A DNA stretch of 64,000 nucleotides, taken from the NCBI GenBank assembly GCA_963793305.1, contig CAWBZV010000005.1, forward strand, positions 960,001 through 1,024,000, read 5' to 3'. The stretch comes from an uncultured Gemmatimonadales bacterium (GTDB lineage: Bacteria; Gemmatimonadota; Gemmatimonadetes; Gemmatimonadales; Gemmatimonadaceae). The notes beneath the pieces are model-generated. The model saw nothing but the letters and a program-made list of their open reading frames with translations. It did not search any database and was not told the origin of the DNA. This document shows, piece by piece, positions 9,742-19,129 of this stretch (position 1 is its first letter; the number at the start of each line of letters is the position of its first letter). Both the position numbers and the translations under genes were made by a program.

Positions 9742-10995
9742 ATGACGACCAAGGCGGGGAGGGCGATATTAGCCATCGTGATGGCCGCATGCATTGGCCA
9801 TGGCCCGGGGGAAGACCCACCTCCTGCCCGTCATGGCTCTCGCGTGCGGCCGGGGATTACCGTGCTGCTGCAGGATAGCATGGCGCTCGTCCGTGGCAAG
9901 CGCATCGCGCTGATCACGAACCAGACCGGCGTCAACGAGCATGGCGTATCGGACATCGATCTCCTGGCCCACGCTGATCTCCATCTCGTCCGCATTTTCT
10001 CCCCGGAGCATGGGCTCCGTGGACGGGAAGACCGTCCGTTTGTAGGCAACGCCATTGATTCCCTGACGGGTCTCCCGGTTTACTCGCTCTACGGGAAAAC
10101 GATCCTCGCTCCCCCGGATTCGCTCCTCGCCGATCTCGACTTCCTCGTCTTCGACCTCCAGGACGTCGGCGTCCGCACGTGGACCTATGTCGGCACTCTG
10201 ATCAAAGCCCTCCGGTCCTCCGCTCGCTTGCACGTACCCGTAATCGTTCTCGACCGACCCAATCCCCTGACGGGCACACACGTCCAGGGACCCATCCTGG
10301 ATAGCGCGATCGCCGACACGGCGGCCCCTTTTGCGCTCTACCCAATGCCTCTCAGGCACGGCCTGACAATGGGCGAGCTGGCCCGTTTTTATAACGACAC
10401 GTTGGCCCTCCACGCTGCGCTCCACGTAATCCCAGTCCGTGGCTGGCGCCGCGATCTGTGGGGAGACGAAACCCATCTCCCCTGGGTCCCGCCGTCCCCC
10501 AATCTCCCGTCGTTCGCCAGCGAAATCATCTACCCGGCGCTCGTCCCGTTCGAGAGCACGAACCTTTCCGTTGGGCGAGGAACACCGCTGGCGTTCCAGC
10601 AATTCGGCGCCCCATGGCTCGATGCGGCGGCCGTGGCGAGCCAACTCGCGAGCCTCGGCCTGACGGGAGTGCGGTTTCGTCCGACCGAGTTCACGCCAGA
10701 CCACCCGACCGATGGCAAGTACGCGGGTCGCCGCCTGTACGCCATTCGCATCGACGTTACGGATCGCGATCGTCTGGATGTCGGGCGACTGGGCGCGGCA
10801 CTGTTGTGGGCGGTAGCCAAGGTGAACCGGGACTCACTCCGCGTCGACACGCTGGGCTTCGACCTGAGATTTGGCAGCGGGGCGCTCCGGGCGAATCTCA
10901 TGCAGGGCGCCGATCCGGACGCGGTGCTGGATAAGACGATCCCCACCGACTTAGCGTTCGAGCGCCGTTCCCGGCGCTTCTGGTTGTATCATTAG
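9742..10995 (+). CDS. namZ: Exo-beta-N-acetylmuramidase NamZ (DUF1343) family, probable lipoprotein
   Basis: LITNQTG, FSPEHG, FDLQDVG, LDRPNP, RHGLTMGELA and SVGRGT motifs; signal ending MAAC. Confidence 0.9.
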   Translation: MTTKAGRAILAIVMAACIGHGPGEDPPPARHGSRVRPGITVLLQDSMALVRGKRIALITNQTGVNEHGVSDIDLLAHADLHLVRIFSPEHGLRGREDRPFVGNAIDSLTGLPVYSLYGKTILAPPDSLLADLDFLVFDLQDVGVRTWTYVGTLIKALRSSARLHVPVIVLDRPNPLTGTHVQGPILDSAIADTAAPFALYPMPLRHGLTMGELARFYNDTLALHAALHVIPVRGWRRDLWGDETHLPWVPPSPNLPSFASEIIYPALVPFESTNLSVGRGTPLAFQQFGAPWLDAAAVASQLASLGLTGVRFRPTEFTPDHPTDGKYAGRRLYAIRIDVTDRDRLDVGRLGAALLWAVAKVNRDSLRVDTLGFDLRFGSGALRANLMQGADPDAVLDKTIPTDLAFERRSRRFWLYH

Positions 10996-11024
10996 TCTCC
11001 CACTATTCGAGAGGACTCAGGAAC

Positions 11025-11357
11025 ATGCGCAAAGCTCTCGCCATATTGGCGCTAGTCGCCGTGGCGGCGTGCCATCGGAAAGTCGACACGACCAGCGCCC
11101 CGGCGCAGCCGACGGGACCGACGTATACGCTGACCGTGACCAACAATCTGACGAAAGCCGTGAACGTCTTCGTCACCAACGCTGGCGTCGACACATTCCT
11201 GAGCCAGGTCCAGGGCACGAGCACGGCGCAGGTGCCGGTGAAGGGCATTCCGGCGAACGCACAGGTCACGCTCAAGGCCACGACGTCCGACGGCTCGAGC
11301 ACCTACTCGAAGGCGAACGTGAACCTCACCAACAACTACACGTGGGTCCTGCCGTGA
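11025..11357 (+). CDS. Small hypothetical lipoprotein, beta-strand rich
   Basis: Signal MRKALAILALVAVAAC with lipobox; SD-like AGGA upstream. Confidence 0.8.
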   Translation: MRKALAILALVAVAACHRKVDTTSAPAQPTGPTYTLTVTNNLTKAVNVFVTNAGVDTFLSQVQGTSTAQVPVKGIPANAQVTLKATTSDGSSTYSKANVNLTNNYTWVLP

Positions 11358-11382
11358 GTTAATTTTTTCGAGGGGCTCCAGC

Positions 11383-12099
11383 ATGAAACGTTTGTGGACC
11401 GCCATCAAGGCCGGGTACGTACGACTGCTGGAGCCGCTCGCGGCGTTTCTGGTCCGACATGACGTCCACCCCAACCTCATCACGACGCTTGGCACGGTCT
11501 GCTCCATCATCGGCGGCTGCATCTACGGCTCGGGGCACATCCGCACCGGTGGTTGGTTCCTCGGCGTGACCGCGCTCTTCGACGTGCTCGACGGGACAGT
11601 CGCCCGTCGGACTGGACGCACCTCGGCATTTGGCGCCTTCTACGATTCGACCCTCGACCGTATCGCCGACGGCGCCGTGATGTCGGGCCTCGCCTTCTTC
11701 TACGCGACCAGCAAGCAACACGGCAACGTCCCCATGATTGCCGTCTGCCTCGTTGGCTTGCTCGGCGGCTTCCTGGTCTCCTACACGCGCGCGCGCGCCG
11801 AGGCGCTGGGCGTGGACGCGAAAGTGGGCTTCATGCAACGCCCCGAGCGCGTCGTTCTGCTCTCGGCCCCCCAAGCCTTTTTCGGGCTCGCGCTCGATGG
11901 CTGGGTCCTCGCCGCCATTATCGTGTCTCTCACCGTCACCTCGTGGGCTACTGCCATTCAACGCATTGTTGCCGTGTATCACGCGACTGTTAAGTCGTCG
12001 AACAATTCGTCGAACTCCGCGAGCGATACCGTGAAGCCGATTTCGACCACCCCAACATCCGCCGAGCCGCCGAAGGCGGCGACGGCGGTCAACGTATGA
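11383..12099 (+). CDS. CDP-alcohol phosphatidyltransferase, likely phosphatidylinositol-phosphate synthase
   Basis: DVLDGTVARR..G..YDSTLDR motif; VSYTRARAE and RPER as in PIP synthases; adjacent to ino1. Confidence 0.88.
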   Translation: MKRLWTAIKAGYVRLLEPLAAFLVRHDVHPNLITTLGTVCSIIGGCIYGSGHIRTGGWFLGVTALFDVLDGTVARRTGRTSAFGAFYDSTLDRIADGAVMSGLAFFYATSKQHGNVPMIAVCLVGLLGGFLVSYTRARAEALGVDAKVGFMQRPERVVLLSAPQAFFGLALDGWVLAAIIVSLTVTSWATAIQRIVAVYHATVKSSNNSSNSASDTVKPISTTPTSAEPPKAATAVNV

Positions 12100-13403
12100 C
12101 GAGCCCAGTCCGCCCGGTGACGGGCAAACTCGGTGTGCTGACCGTCGGGCTCGGCGCCGTGGCGACGACGTTCATGGCCGGCGTGGAGAGCATTCGCCGC
12201 GGCAAGAGCCTGCCGATTGGCTCGCTCACGCAGATGGCGACGATCCGCCTGGGCAAGCGCACAGAGAACCGCTCGCCGCTGATCAAAGACTTCGTCCCGC
12301 TCGCGGGCCTCGATGATTTGGTCTTTGGCGCCTGGGACCCGATCCCGGATGACGCCCATCAAGCGGCAATCAAAGCGGGCGTCTTGACGCCGGCCGATCT
12401 GGCCGGCGTGTCCGATTTCCTGCAGTCCATCGCGCCGATGCCGGCCGCGTTCGACCAGCACTACGTCACGCGAATCAACGGCACGCACGTCAAAAAGGGC
12501 AAGACGAAGCGCGACCTGGCCGAGCAAATCCGCCAGGACATTCGCGATTTCAAGTCGCGCCACCGCCTGGACCGCGTCGTGATGGTCTGGTGCGCCTCGA
12601 CCGAGATCTACATCAAGGCCGGCGCCGCCCACGCCACCCTCGAGCAGTTCGAGAAGGCGATGGAGCGAAACGACGAGAGCATCGCGCCCTCGATGCTCTA
12701 CGCCTACGCGGCGTTGATGGAAGGCGTGGCGTTCGCCAACGGCGCGCCGAACCTGACGGTCGACATGCCGTGCTTGATTCGCCTGGCGAACGAGCGCGGC
12801 GTGCCGATCTCCGGCAAAGACTTCAAGACCGGCCAGACCTGGATGAAGACGGTCATCGCCCCGGGACTCAAAGCCCGGATGCTCGGTCTCGCCGGCTGGT
12901 ACTCGACGAATATCCTCGGCAATCGCGACGGCGAAGTCCTCGACGATCCCGCGTCGTTCAAGACCAAGGAAGAGTCGAAGCTGAGCGTGCTGCACACGAT
13001 TTTGCAGCCCGATATCTACCCCGCGCTCTACAAAGATTTCAGCCACGTCGTGCGCATCAACTACTATCCGCCGCGCGGCGATAACAAAGAGGGCTGGGAC
13101 AACATTGATATCGTCGGGTGGATGGGCTACCCGATGCAAATCAAAGTGAATTTCCTGTGTCGCGACTCGATCCTCGCGGCGCCGCTCGTACTCGACCTGG
13201 CGCTGTTCTCCGATTTCGCCCAACGCGCCTGCCTGAAGGGCATTCAAGAATGGCTCTCGTTCTACTACAAGAGCCCGATGGCCGCGCCGGGCCTGCAGCC
13301 CGAGCACGATCTCTTCATCCAACAGACGAAGCTCAAGAACACGCTTCGCCACTTGATGGGTGAAGAGCAGATCACGCACTTGGGCTTGGAGTACTACGCG
13401 TGA
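12096..13403 (+). CDS. ino1: myo-inositol-1-phosphate synthase
   Basis: GLGAVATT, WCASTE, NGAPN, GKDFKTGQT, NILGNRDG, GDNKE and RDSILAAPL motifs. Confidence 0.95.
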   Translation: MTSPVRPVTGKLGVLTVGLGAVATTFMAGVESIRRGKSLPIGSLTQMATIRLGKRTENRSPLIKDFVPLAGLDDLVFGAWDPIPDDAHQAAIKAGVLTPADLAGVSDFLQSIAPMPAAFDQHYVTRINGTHVKKGKTKRDLAEQIRQDIRDFKSRHRLDRVVMVWCASTEIYIKAGAAHATLEQFEKAMERNDESIAPSMLYAYAALMEGVAFANGAPNLTVDMPCLIRLANERGVPISGKDFKTGQTWMKTVIAPGLKARMLGLAGWYSTNILGNRDGEVLDDPASFKTKEESKLSVLHTILQPDIYPALYKDFSHVVRINYYPPRGDNKEGWDNIDIVGWMGYPMQIKVNFLCRDSILAAPLVLDLALFSDFAQRACLKGIQEWLSFYYKSPMAAPGLQPEHDLFIQQTKLKNTLRHLMGEEQITHLGLEYYA

Positions 13404-13810
13404 AATGGATCGTCGCCGGCCTCGCCCTCTTGGCCTGCAGTCCCCAAGGGCCGCCGCCGCACCGCGAATGGACCGACGATATGGCGTTCATTATTACATC
13501 GGACCCGGTGCCGCCCCACGCGCGACAGGACGTGAAGTTCACGGTGATCGCGCGCGACAAGTCCTCGGGCCAGCCGATCGAGGGCGCGGACGGCCGTATT
13601 TACGCCGAGGTGCGCGAAGGCGCGAAGACGTGGGACGGGCTCGTGCCCGGCACGAAGCCGGGGACGTACACGGGGAAACTCAATTTCGTGGTATCGGGCA
13701 ACTGGGCGATGGGCCTGCAATTTCGCCGCGATACCACGACCAACAAGATCGAGAAAATGGACTGGACTCAAGAAGTGCTCTCGGCGTCCGACACGAACCA
13801 GGTGCGCTGA
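13400..13810 (+). CDS. Hypothetical lipoprotein, YtkA/FixH-like Ig fold
   Basis: Signal MKWIVAGLALLAC; GQPIEGA and PGTYTG..G.W patterns; GTGA-coupled to ino1. Confidence 0.65.
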   Translation: MKWIVAGLALLACSPQGPPPHREWTDDMAFIITSDPVPPHARQDVKFTVIARDKSSGQPIEGADGRIYAEVREGAKTWDGLVPGTKPGTYTGKLNFVVSGNWAMGLQFRRDTTTNKIEKMDWTQEVLSASDTNQVR

Positions 13811-13811
13811 C

Positions 13812-14117
13812 GTGCTCCTCTTCTATCGCACGTCGCTCGATGCGGCCGACGTCCTCGCGGCCGCCGACGCCTTCTTCCCGGCGCCGCCACTCAGCCTCGT
13901 CCCCACGAAGGACGGCGGCGGCCCGCGTGAGCGCTCGTACGCCGGCGCGCTCGGCGCCGCGAAAGTGCGCGTCCGCGCCGAGGGCGGGCACTACACGTTC
14001 GTCGAGGTGCGCACTGATCAGATCGGCGAGAGTCGGCTCGACAAGAACGTCAAGCGATTCTTCGTCTCGCTCCATCGCGTGACGGAGCCGACGCACACGA
14101 TCGAGGCCGCGTACTGA
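13812..14117 (+). CDS. Hypothetical protein (101 aa)
   Basis: Fills operon gap exactly; stop overlaps E1-alpha ATG. Confidence 0.7.
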   Translation: MLLFYRTSLDAADVLAAADAFFPAPPLSLVPTKDGGGPRERSYAGALGAAKVRVRAEGGHYTFVEVRTDQIGESRLDKNVKRFFVSLHRVTEPTHTIEAAY

Positions 14118-15214
14118 TGGCGACTGCTGTTCGTCGTAAGGCCGCTGAGTCTGCCGAGCTCGATCGTGCCCAAAAGCTCGAGCTCTATTACTACATGCGC
14201 CTCACGAGGTCGCTCGAAGAGCGCCTGGTGAACTTGTATCGCCAAACGAAAGTCGTAGGCGGCCTCTTTCGCTCCCTAGGCCAAGAAGCGGATGCCGTCG
14301 GCAGCGCGTATGCGCTCGATCGCTCAAAGGGCGACATTCTTTCGCCGCTGATCCGCAATCTCGGCTCGATGCTGGTGCAGGGAGCCAATCCCCTGGAAAT
14401 CATCCGCCAATACATGGCGAAGGGTGACTCCCCGACGCGCGGCCGCGAGCTGAATATCCATTATGGGGATCTGGTGAGAGGGTTCGTGGGCCAGATCTCC
14501 CAGCTGGGCGACATGGTCCCCGTGATGGCAGGCGTCACGCTCTCATTCAAGATGCGCGGCCAAGACCGCGTGGGCCTGGTCTACGTAGGCGACGGTGCAA
14601 CGTCGACGGGTGCGTTCCACGAGGGAATCAATTTCGCCGCGGTACAGCAATGCCCGTTGGTCGTGATCGTCGAGAACAACGGCTATGCCTACTCGACGCC
14701 ACTTTCCAAGCAGACCGCCGCGCGCGACCTGAAGGACAAGGCGATCGGCTACGGCATCCCGGGCGAGCAAGCCGACGGCAACGATGTCCTCGCGACGTAC
14801 GCGATCACGAAGCGTGCGGTCGACCGGGCTCGCAAGGGCGGCGGACCCACACTGATCGAGCTGATCACGTACCGTCGCAAGGGCCACGCCGAACATGACA
14901 ATCAGTCCTATGTCCCTGATGGCGAAATCGAACGGTGGCAAAAAGAAAATGATCCAATCGATCGCTACATCGCCGTACTGAATGCCGATGGCGTTACGAG
15001 CGCGGAGCTCGGCGCGATCGATGATCGCATTCGCACCGAGATCGATGCGGCGACGGATGAAGCCGAGAAGTCGCCCATGCCGGAGCCGACCAATGCCTTG
15101 GTCGGCGTCTACGCCGAACCGTCGATCGTCCCGCCACTCTGGTTCCGCGAGGGCATTCGCTCGGCTGTGACGGCCCATGAACGTCCAGCTTCGTGGGGTA
15201 CGCACGATGGCTGA
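14117..15214 (+). CDS. 2-oxoacid (branched-chain or pyruvate) dehydrogenase E1 alpha
   Basis: TPP motif GDGATSTG..ENN; YRRKGHAEHD loop. Confidence 0.93.
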   Translation: MATAVRRKAAESAELDRAQKLELYYYMRLTRSLEERLVNLYRQTKVVGGLFRSLGQEADAVGSAYALDRSKGDILSPLIRNLGSMLVQGANPLEIIRQYMAKGDSPTRGRELNIHYGDLVRGFVGQISQLGDMVPVMAGVTLSFKMRGQDRVGLVYVGDGATSTGAFHEGINFAAVQQCPLVVIVENNGYAYSTPLSKQTAARDLKDKAIGYGIPGEQADGNDVLATYAITKRAVDRARKGGGPTLIELITYRRKGHAEHDNQSYVPDGEIERWQKENDPIDRYIAVLNADGVTSAELGAIDDRIRTEIDAATDEAEKSPMPEPTNALVGVYAEPSIVPPLWFREGIRSAVTAHERPASWGTHDG

Positions 15215-16184
15215 GACGACATATCTGGAAGCGATTCGCGAGGCGCTGTTCGAAGAGATGGACCGCGACCCGAACGTGTTCTGCTTAGGCGAAGATATCG
15301 GCGCCTACGGCGGAGCATTCAAGGTCACGGAGGGGCTTGCCGCGCGCTTTGGCGATGCCCGCGTTATCGACACGCCGATATCTGAAGCGGCCATCGTCGG
15401 CGCCGCCGCCGGTGCGGCACACATGGGCATGCGCCCGGTGTGCGAGATGCAATTCATCGATTTCATCTCGTGCGGCTACGACATGCTGACCAACTATGTC
15501 GCCACGGCCCGCTACCGCGCGATGCTCGGGTGCCCCATGGTGGTGCGCGGCCCGAGCGGCGGATACGTCCGCGGCGGTCCGTTCCACTCGCAGAATCCCG
15601 AAGCGGCGTTTCTGCACACGCCGGGCCTGAAAATTGTCTACCCGGCTACGGCGTCGGACGCCAAGGGTCTCTTGAAGTCCGCGATTCGCGACGACGACTG
15701 TGTGCTCTACTTCGAGCACAAGTATTTATATCGTCGCATCAAGGAAGAGCTACCGACCGGCGACCATCTGGTACCGATTGGCAAGGCGCGCGTCGCCCGT
15801 GAAGGGAAAGACGTGTCGATCATCACATACGCAGCGACAGTGTGGAAAGCCCTGGAAGCGGCCGACCAACTCCAAAAACAAGACGGCCTCTCCGTGGAAG
15901 TGATCGACCTCCGTACGCTCCTGCCGATGGACGACGACGCGATCGTCGCCACCGTGAAAAAAACAAATCGCGCGCTGATCGTGCACGAAGACACGCGAAC
16001 AGGTGGCGTCGCCGGCGAGATCACGTCCCGGATCAACGAGCTGGCATTCGAATGGCTCGATGCCCCGGTGCTGCGGATCACGGCGGCCGATGTCCCGCTG
16101 CCGTATTCGCCGCCGCTCGAGGACTACGTCCTGCCGCAGACGGCGGATATCATCGCTGGCGTCCGCCGCCTTGCCCAGTACTGA
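15207..16184 (+). CDS. 2-oxoacid dehydrogenase E1 beta
   Basis: GEDIGAYGGAF, DTPISE, EMQFIDF and HSQ motifs. Confidence 0.94.
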   Translation: MAETTYLEAIREALFEEMDRDPNVFCLGEDIGAYGGAFKVTEGLAARFGDARVIDTPISEAAIVGAAAGAAHMGMRPVCEMQFIDFISCGYDMLTNYVATARYRAMLGCPMVVRGPSGGYVRGGPFHSQNPEAAFLHTPGLKIVYPATASDAKGLLKSAIRDDDCVLYFEHKYLYRRIKEELPTGDHLVPIGKARVAREGKDVSIITYAATVWKALEAADQLQKQDGLSVEVIDLRTLLPMDDDAIVATVKKTNRALIVHEDTRTGGVAGEITSRINELAFEWLDAPVLRITAADVPLPYSPPLEDYVLPQTADIIAGVRRLAQY

Positions 16185-16416
16185 TCCGGGCCGGCCGCCT
16201 CTGCTGGTGCTCGGATGTCTCATGACCGTCGCCGGGTTCTTCAGTATGGCAATGGTTGGCGTCCTCGTGGCGCGAGTGTACAGTTGGATAGAGAAGTGTC
16301 CGTATACGGAAGGACTGCCGGCGTGCCATTGGTGGATATTCGCCGGCGTCGGTGGGCTAGTCGGAGCAATCACCTTGCCGGTGCTCGTGCTGCGCCGGTT
16401 GAAGAAGCGAGGATAG
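16171..16416 (+). CDS. Small two-TM membrane protein with a Cys pair in the loop
   Basis: Two hydrophobic helices around KCPYTEGLPACHWW, basic tail; start approximate (TTG 16171). Confidence 0.6.
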   Translation: MPSTDPGRPPLLVLGCLMTVAGFFSMAMVGVLVARVYSWIEKCPYTEGLPACHWWIFAGVGGLVGAITLPVLVLRRLKKRG

Positions 16417-16420
16417 AACC

Positions 16421-17752
16421 GTGGCTCGTGTAGATGTGCCTATGCCGCAGATGGGCGAGTCCATTGCCGAAGGGACCGTCTCCAAGTGGCTCAAGAAAGT
16501 CGGCGACGTCGTCAAGCGCGACGAACCCCTCTTCGAGATCTCGACCGATAAGGTCGACGCCGAGATCCCGTCGCCGTCCGCCGGCCGACTGACCGAGATT
16601 CTCGTCGGCGAAGGCTCGACCGTCGCCGTCCAGACGATCGTCGCCCGCATCGAGACCGATGTCGCTGCCGCGGTCCCGGCTGCTGTCCCCGCCGGTGCCG
16701 GCTCCCCCGCCGCTGCCCCGGCTCCCGCTGTTGCCGCGAAATCAGCGGCCACTACGCCCGTCGGAATAGGGGCGGACGGTCACGACAGGGGCAACGGGCG
16801 CACGAGTGGCAACGGTGCCTCGTTCGAAGAACGGGTGAGGACGAAGTCCTCCCCGCTCGTCCGAAAAATCGCGGCCGAGCACGGGATCGAGCTGGGGTCG
16901 ATAAGCGGCTCGGGCATCTCGGGCCGAGTGACGAAGCGCGATATCGAATCGCTGGTCGCAAACCGCGGTCCGGCGAAGCCGCCCGTGGTCGGTCGCCCCG
17001 CGGCGCCGCACGTCGTGTCCGAGGGCCCACTGCCGGAACCATGGCCCGGCAACGTCGTCGAGCCGATGTCGAAGATGCGGGCGCTGATCAGCGACCACAT
17101 GGTGCTGTCGCGTCGCACATCCGCGCATGTCACGTCGGTCTTCGAGGTCGACCTCACCCGAGTCGCGCGCATCCGCGCCAAGAAGCGCGCCGAGTTCGAA
17201 GCCGCCTCGGGCCAGCGCCTCTCGTACATGCCGTTCATCATCAAGGCCACGGTCGACGCCCTCCGTCAATTCCCGGCGGTGAACGCCTCGGTCGCCGGCA
17301 GCGATGTCATCTATCGCAAGCAATACAATATCGGCATCGCCGTCGCGCTCGAATGGGGCTTGATCGTCCCGGTCATCAAACATGCCGACGAGCTGAGCAT
17401 GGTCGGACTCACGCGCGCGCTCAACGATCTCGCCGCCCGGGCGCGCGCCAAGCGCCTCAAGCCCGAAGAGGTCGAAGAGGGCACGTTCACGATCACCAAC
17501 CCCGGCGTGTTCGGGTCATTGATGGGCACCCCGATCATAAACCAGCCCCAGGTCGCCATCATGGGTATCGGCGCGATCGAGAAACGCCCGAAGGTGATCG
17601 AGGGTGAAGATGGCGAAGACACGATCGCGATTCGCACCTGTGCCTACTTCTCGCTGTCGTTCGACCACCGCCTGATCAATGGCGCGGTCGCCGACGAGTT
17701 CCTCGCCTTCGTGAAGAAGCAACTCGAGACCTTCCCAGAGGCCGCACTCTAA
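16421..17752 (+). CDS. Dihydrolipoamide acyltransferase E2 with one lipoyl domain
   Basis: EISTDKVDAEIPSP lipoyl motif, GSGISGRVTKRD binding domain, FDHRLING catalytic motif. Confidence 0.95.
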   Translation: MARVDVPMPQMGESIAEGTVSKWLKKVGDVVKRDEPLFEISTDKVDAEIPSPSAGRLTEILVGEGSTVAVQTIVARIETDVAAAVPAAVPAGAGSPAAAPAPAVAAKSAATTPVGIGADGHDRGNGRTSGNGASFEERVRTKSSPLVRKIAAEHGIELGSISGSGISGRVTKRDIESLVANRGPAKPPVVGRPAAPHVVSEGPLPEPWPGNVVEPMSKMRALISDHMVLSRRTSAHVTSVFEVDLTRVARIRAKKRAEFEAASGQRLSYMPFIIKATVDALRQFPAVNASVAGSDVIYRKQYNIGIAVALEWGLIVPVIKHADELSMVGLTRALNDLAARARAKRLKPEEVEEGTFTITNPGVFGSLMGTPIINQPQVAIMGIGAIEKRPKVIEGEDGEDTIAIRTCAYFSLSFDHRLINGAVADEFLAFVKKQLETFPEAAL

Positions 17753-17755
17753 CCC

Positions 17756-18013
17756 GTGTCCCGCGCGCTGACGCTCAGTCGCACGATCGTCCCGTTGCCC
17801 GACCGCGAGCGCTTTTTCACTCGCGCCCGTGAGCTCCGCGCGCACTTCCAGGCGCGCGGCTGCCAGTATTGGGTGTTCGAGGACGCCGCGCTCGCCGGTG
17901 CATTCATCGAGTTCGCCGAGGGCAAAGAGGTCGAGGCGCTGGTTCGAGCCTACTCCGAGGCGCCCGAATCTGGTGTCGATCCCGAACGTATTTATCGCGA
18001 GGTAACGCTTTAA
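17756..18013 (+). CDS. Hypothetical protein (85 aa)
   Basis: Tightly packed in operon; protein-like composition. Confidence 0.65.
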   Translation: MSRALTLSRTIVPLPDRERFFTRARELRAHFQARGCQYWVFEDAALAGAFIEFAEGKEVEALVRAYSEAPESGVDPERIYREVTL

Positions 18014-18015
18014 CA

Positions 18016-18279
18016 ATGCCGGAACGATCGATTTCCGTGAACGGCCAAACCTGGCGTGTGGCGCCGTCGGGCTACGTCACCCAATACGACCGCGACGAGT
18101 TCGGCCTGATCTTCACGCGCACGACCCCATCGCGCGAGGTGCGCGTGACGCGCTACTCGCCACTCGGCGCCCGCTCGCGCGAGCAATCGTTCGCTGAGCT
18201 CTCCGAGGCCGACCTCGTGCGGCTCTTCGCCCAGTCCCAACCTTCAGCAACGTCCCCAGAGGCGCACTACGCCGGTTGA
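18016..18279 (+). CDS. Hypothetical protein (87 aa)
   Basis: ATG 2 nt after previous stop; MPERSISVNGQTWRV..EAHYAG. Confidence 0.7.
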   Translation: MPERSISVNGQTWRVAPSGYVTQYDRDEFGLIFTRTTPSREVRVTRYSPLGARSREQSFAELSEADLVRLFAQSQPSATSPEAHYAG

Positions 18280-19129
18280 TCTGCACGCCCACACGACGGC
18301 GTCCGATGGCTCCGCGTCCCCCGAGGCCCTCCTGGCCCAGGCCGCCACGCTCGGCCTCACGGCCGTTGCGGTCACGGACCACGACACGGTCGCGGCGGTA
18401 GCGGCCGCCAGCGCCGCGGGCGCGGCGAATGGCGTCGCGGTCGTCGCCGGCGTCGAGCTGAGCGCGGTCGATGACCGGAATGTCGAGGTGCACATCCTCG
18501 GCCTGCATCTCGACAACGTCTCCCGGATCGCGTCGTCGTTGACGCGCTTTCAAGCCGATCGCGTGACCCGAGCCGAAGCCATCGTCGCCGCGCTCAATAA
18601 GGGAGGCGTGCCGATCACGATGGAGGCGGTCATGACCGAGGCCGGACCGGGAGCCGTCGGCCGCCCGCACGTCGCCCGCGCGCTCGTCGCCGGCGGCTGG
18701 GTGCGAGACCTGCGAGAAGCGTTCGATCGCTGGCTCGGCGCCGAGCGCCCGGCGTATGTCGAAAAGCCACGCCTCGAAATCGCCGCCGCGATCGGCCTCA
18801 TACACGATGCGGGCGGCGTAGCGATCTGGGCGCATCCCGGCCGCGACGGAACCCGCCAACGGGTCGAGGCGATGGTCGCGTGCGGTCTCGACGGCGTCGA
18901 GGTGTCCCATCCGGGCCATTCGATGGACGACATGAACCGCCTCAACGCGCTCGCCCGTCACCGCGATCTACTGCGCAGCGGCGGGTCCGACTGGCACGGC
19001 GCGACGGATGGCCCACGGGTCCTGGGTGTCATGAAGGTGCCGGACGACTGGAACGAAGCGCAGGCCGCGCGCGCCGCGCGCTATCGCCCCGCGGATGTAT
19101 GGAGATCGCCGGCCGCATCGCGCTCGTAA
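18275..19129 (+). CDS. PHP-domain phosphoesterase (TrpH/YciV-like); no canonical start before the N-terminal motif
   Basis: VDLHAHTTASDG, VTDHDT, GVELS, HILG, GRPHVA, AHP and GGSDWHG all in one frame from 18275. Confidence 0.88.
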   Translation, partial: VDLHAHTTASDGSASPEALLAQAATLGLTAVAVTDHDTVAAVAAASAAGAANGVAVVAGVELSAVDDRNVEVHILGLHLDNVSRIASSLTRFQADRVTRAEAIVAALNKGGVPITMEAVMTEAGPGAVGRPHVARALVAGGWVRDLREAFDRWLGAERPAYVEKPRLEIAAAIGLIHDAGGVAIWAHPGRDGTRQRVEAMVACGLDGVEVSHPGHSMDDMNRLNALARHRDLLRSGGSDWHGATDGPRVLGVMKVPDDWNEAQAARAARYRPADVWRSPAASRS

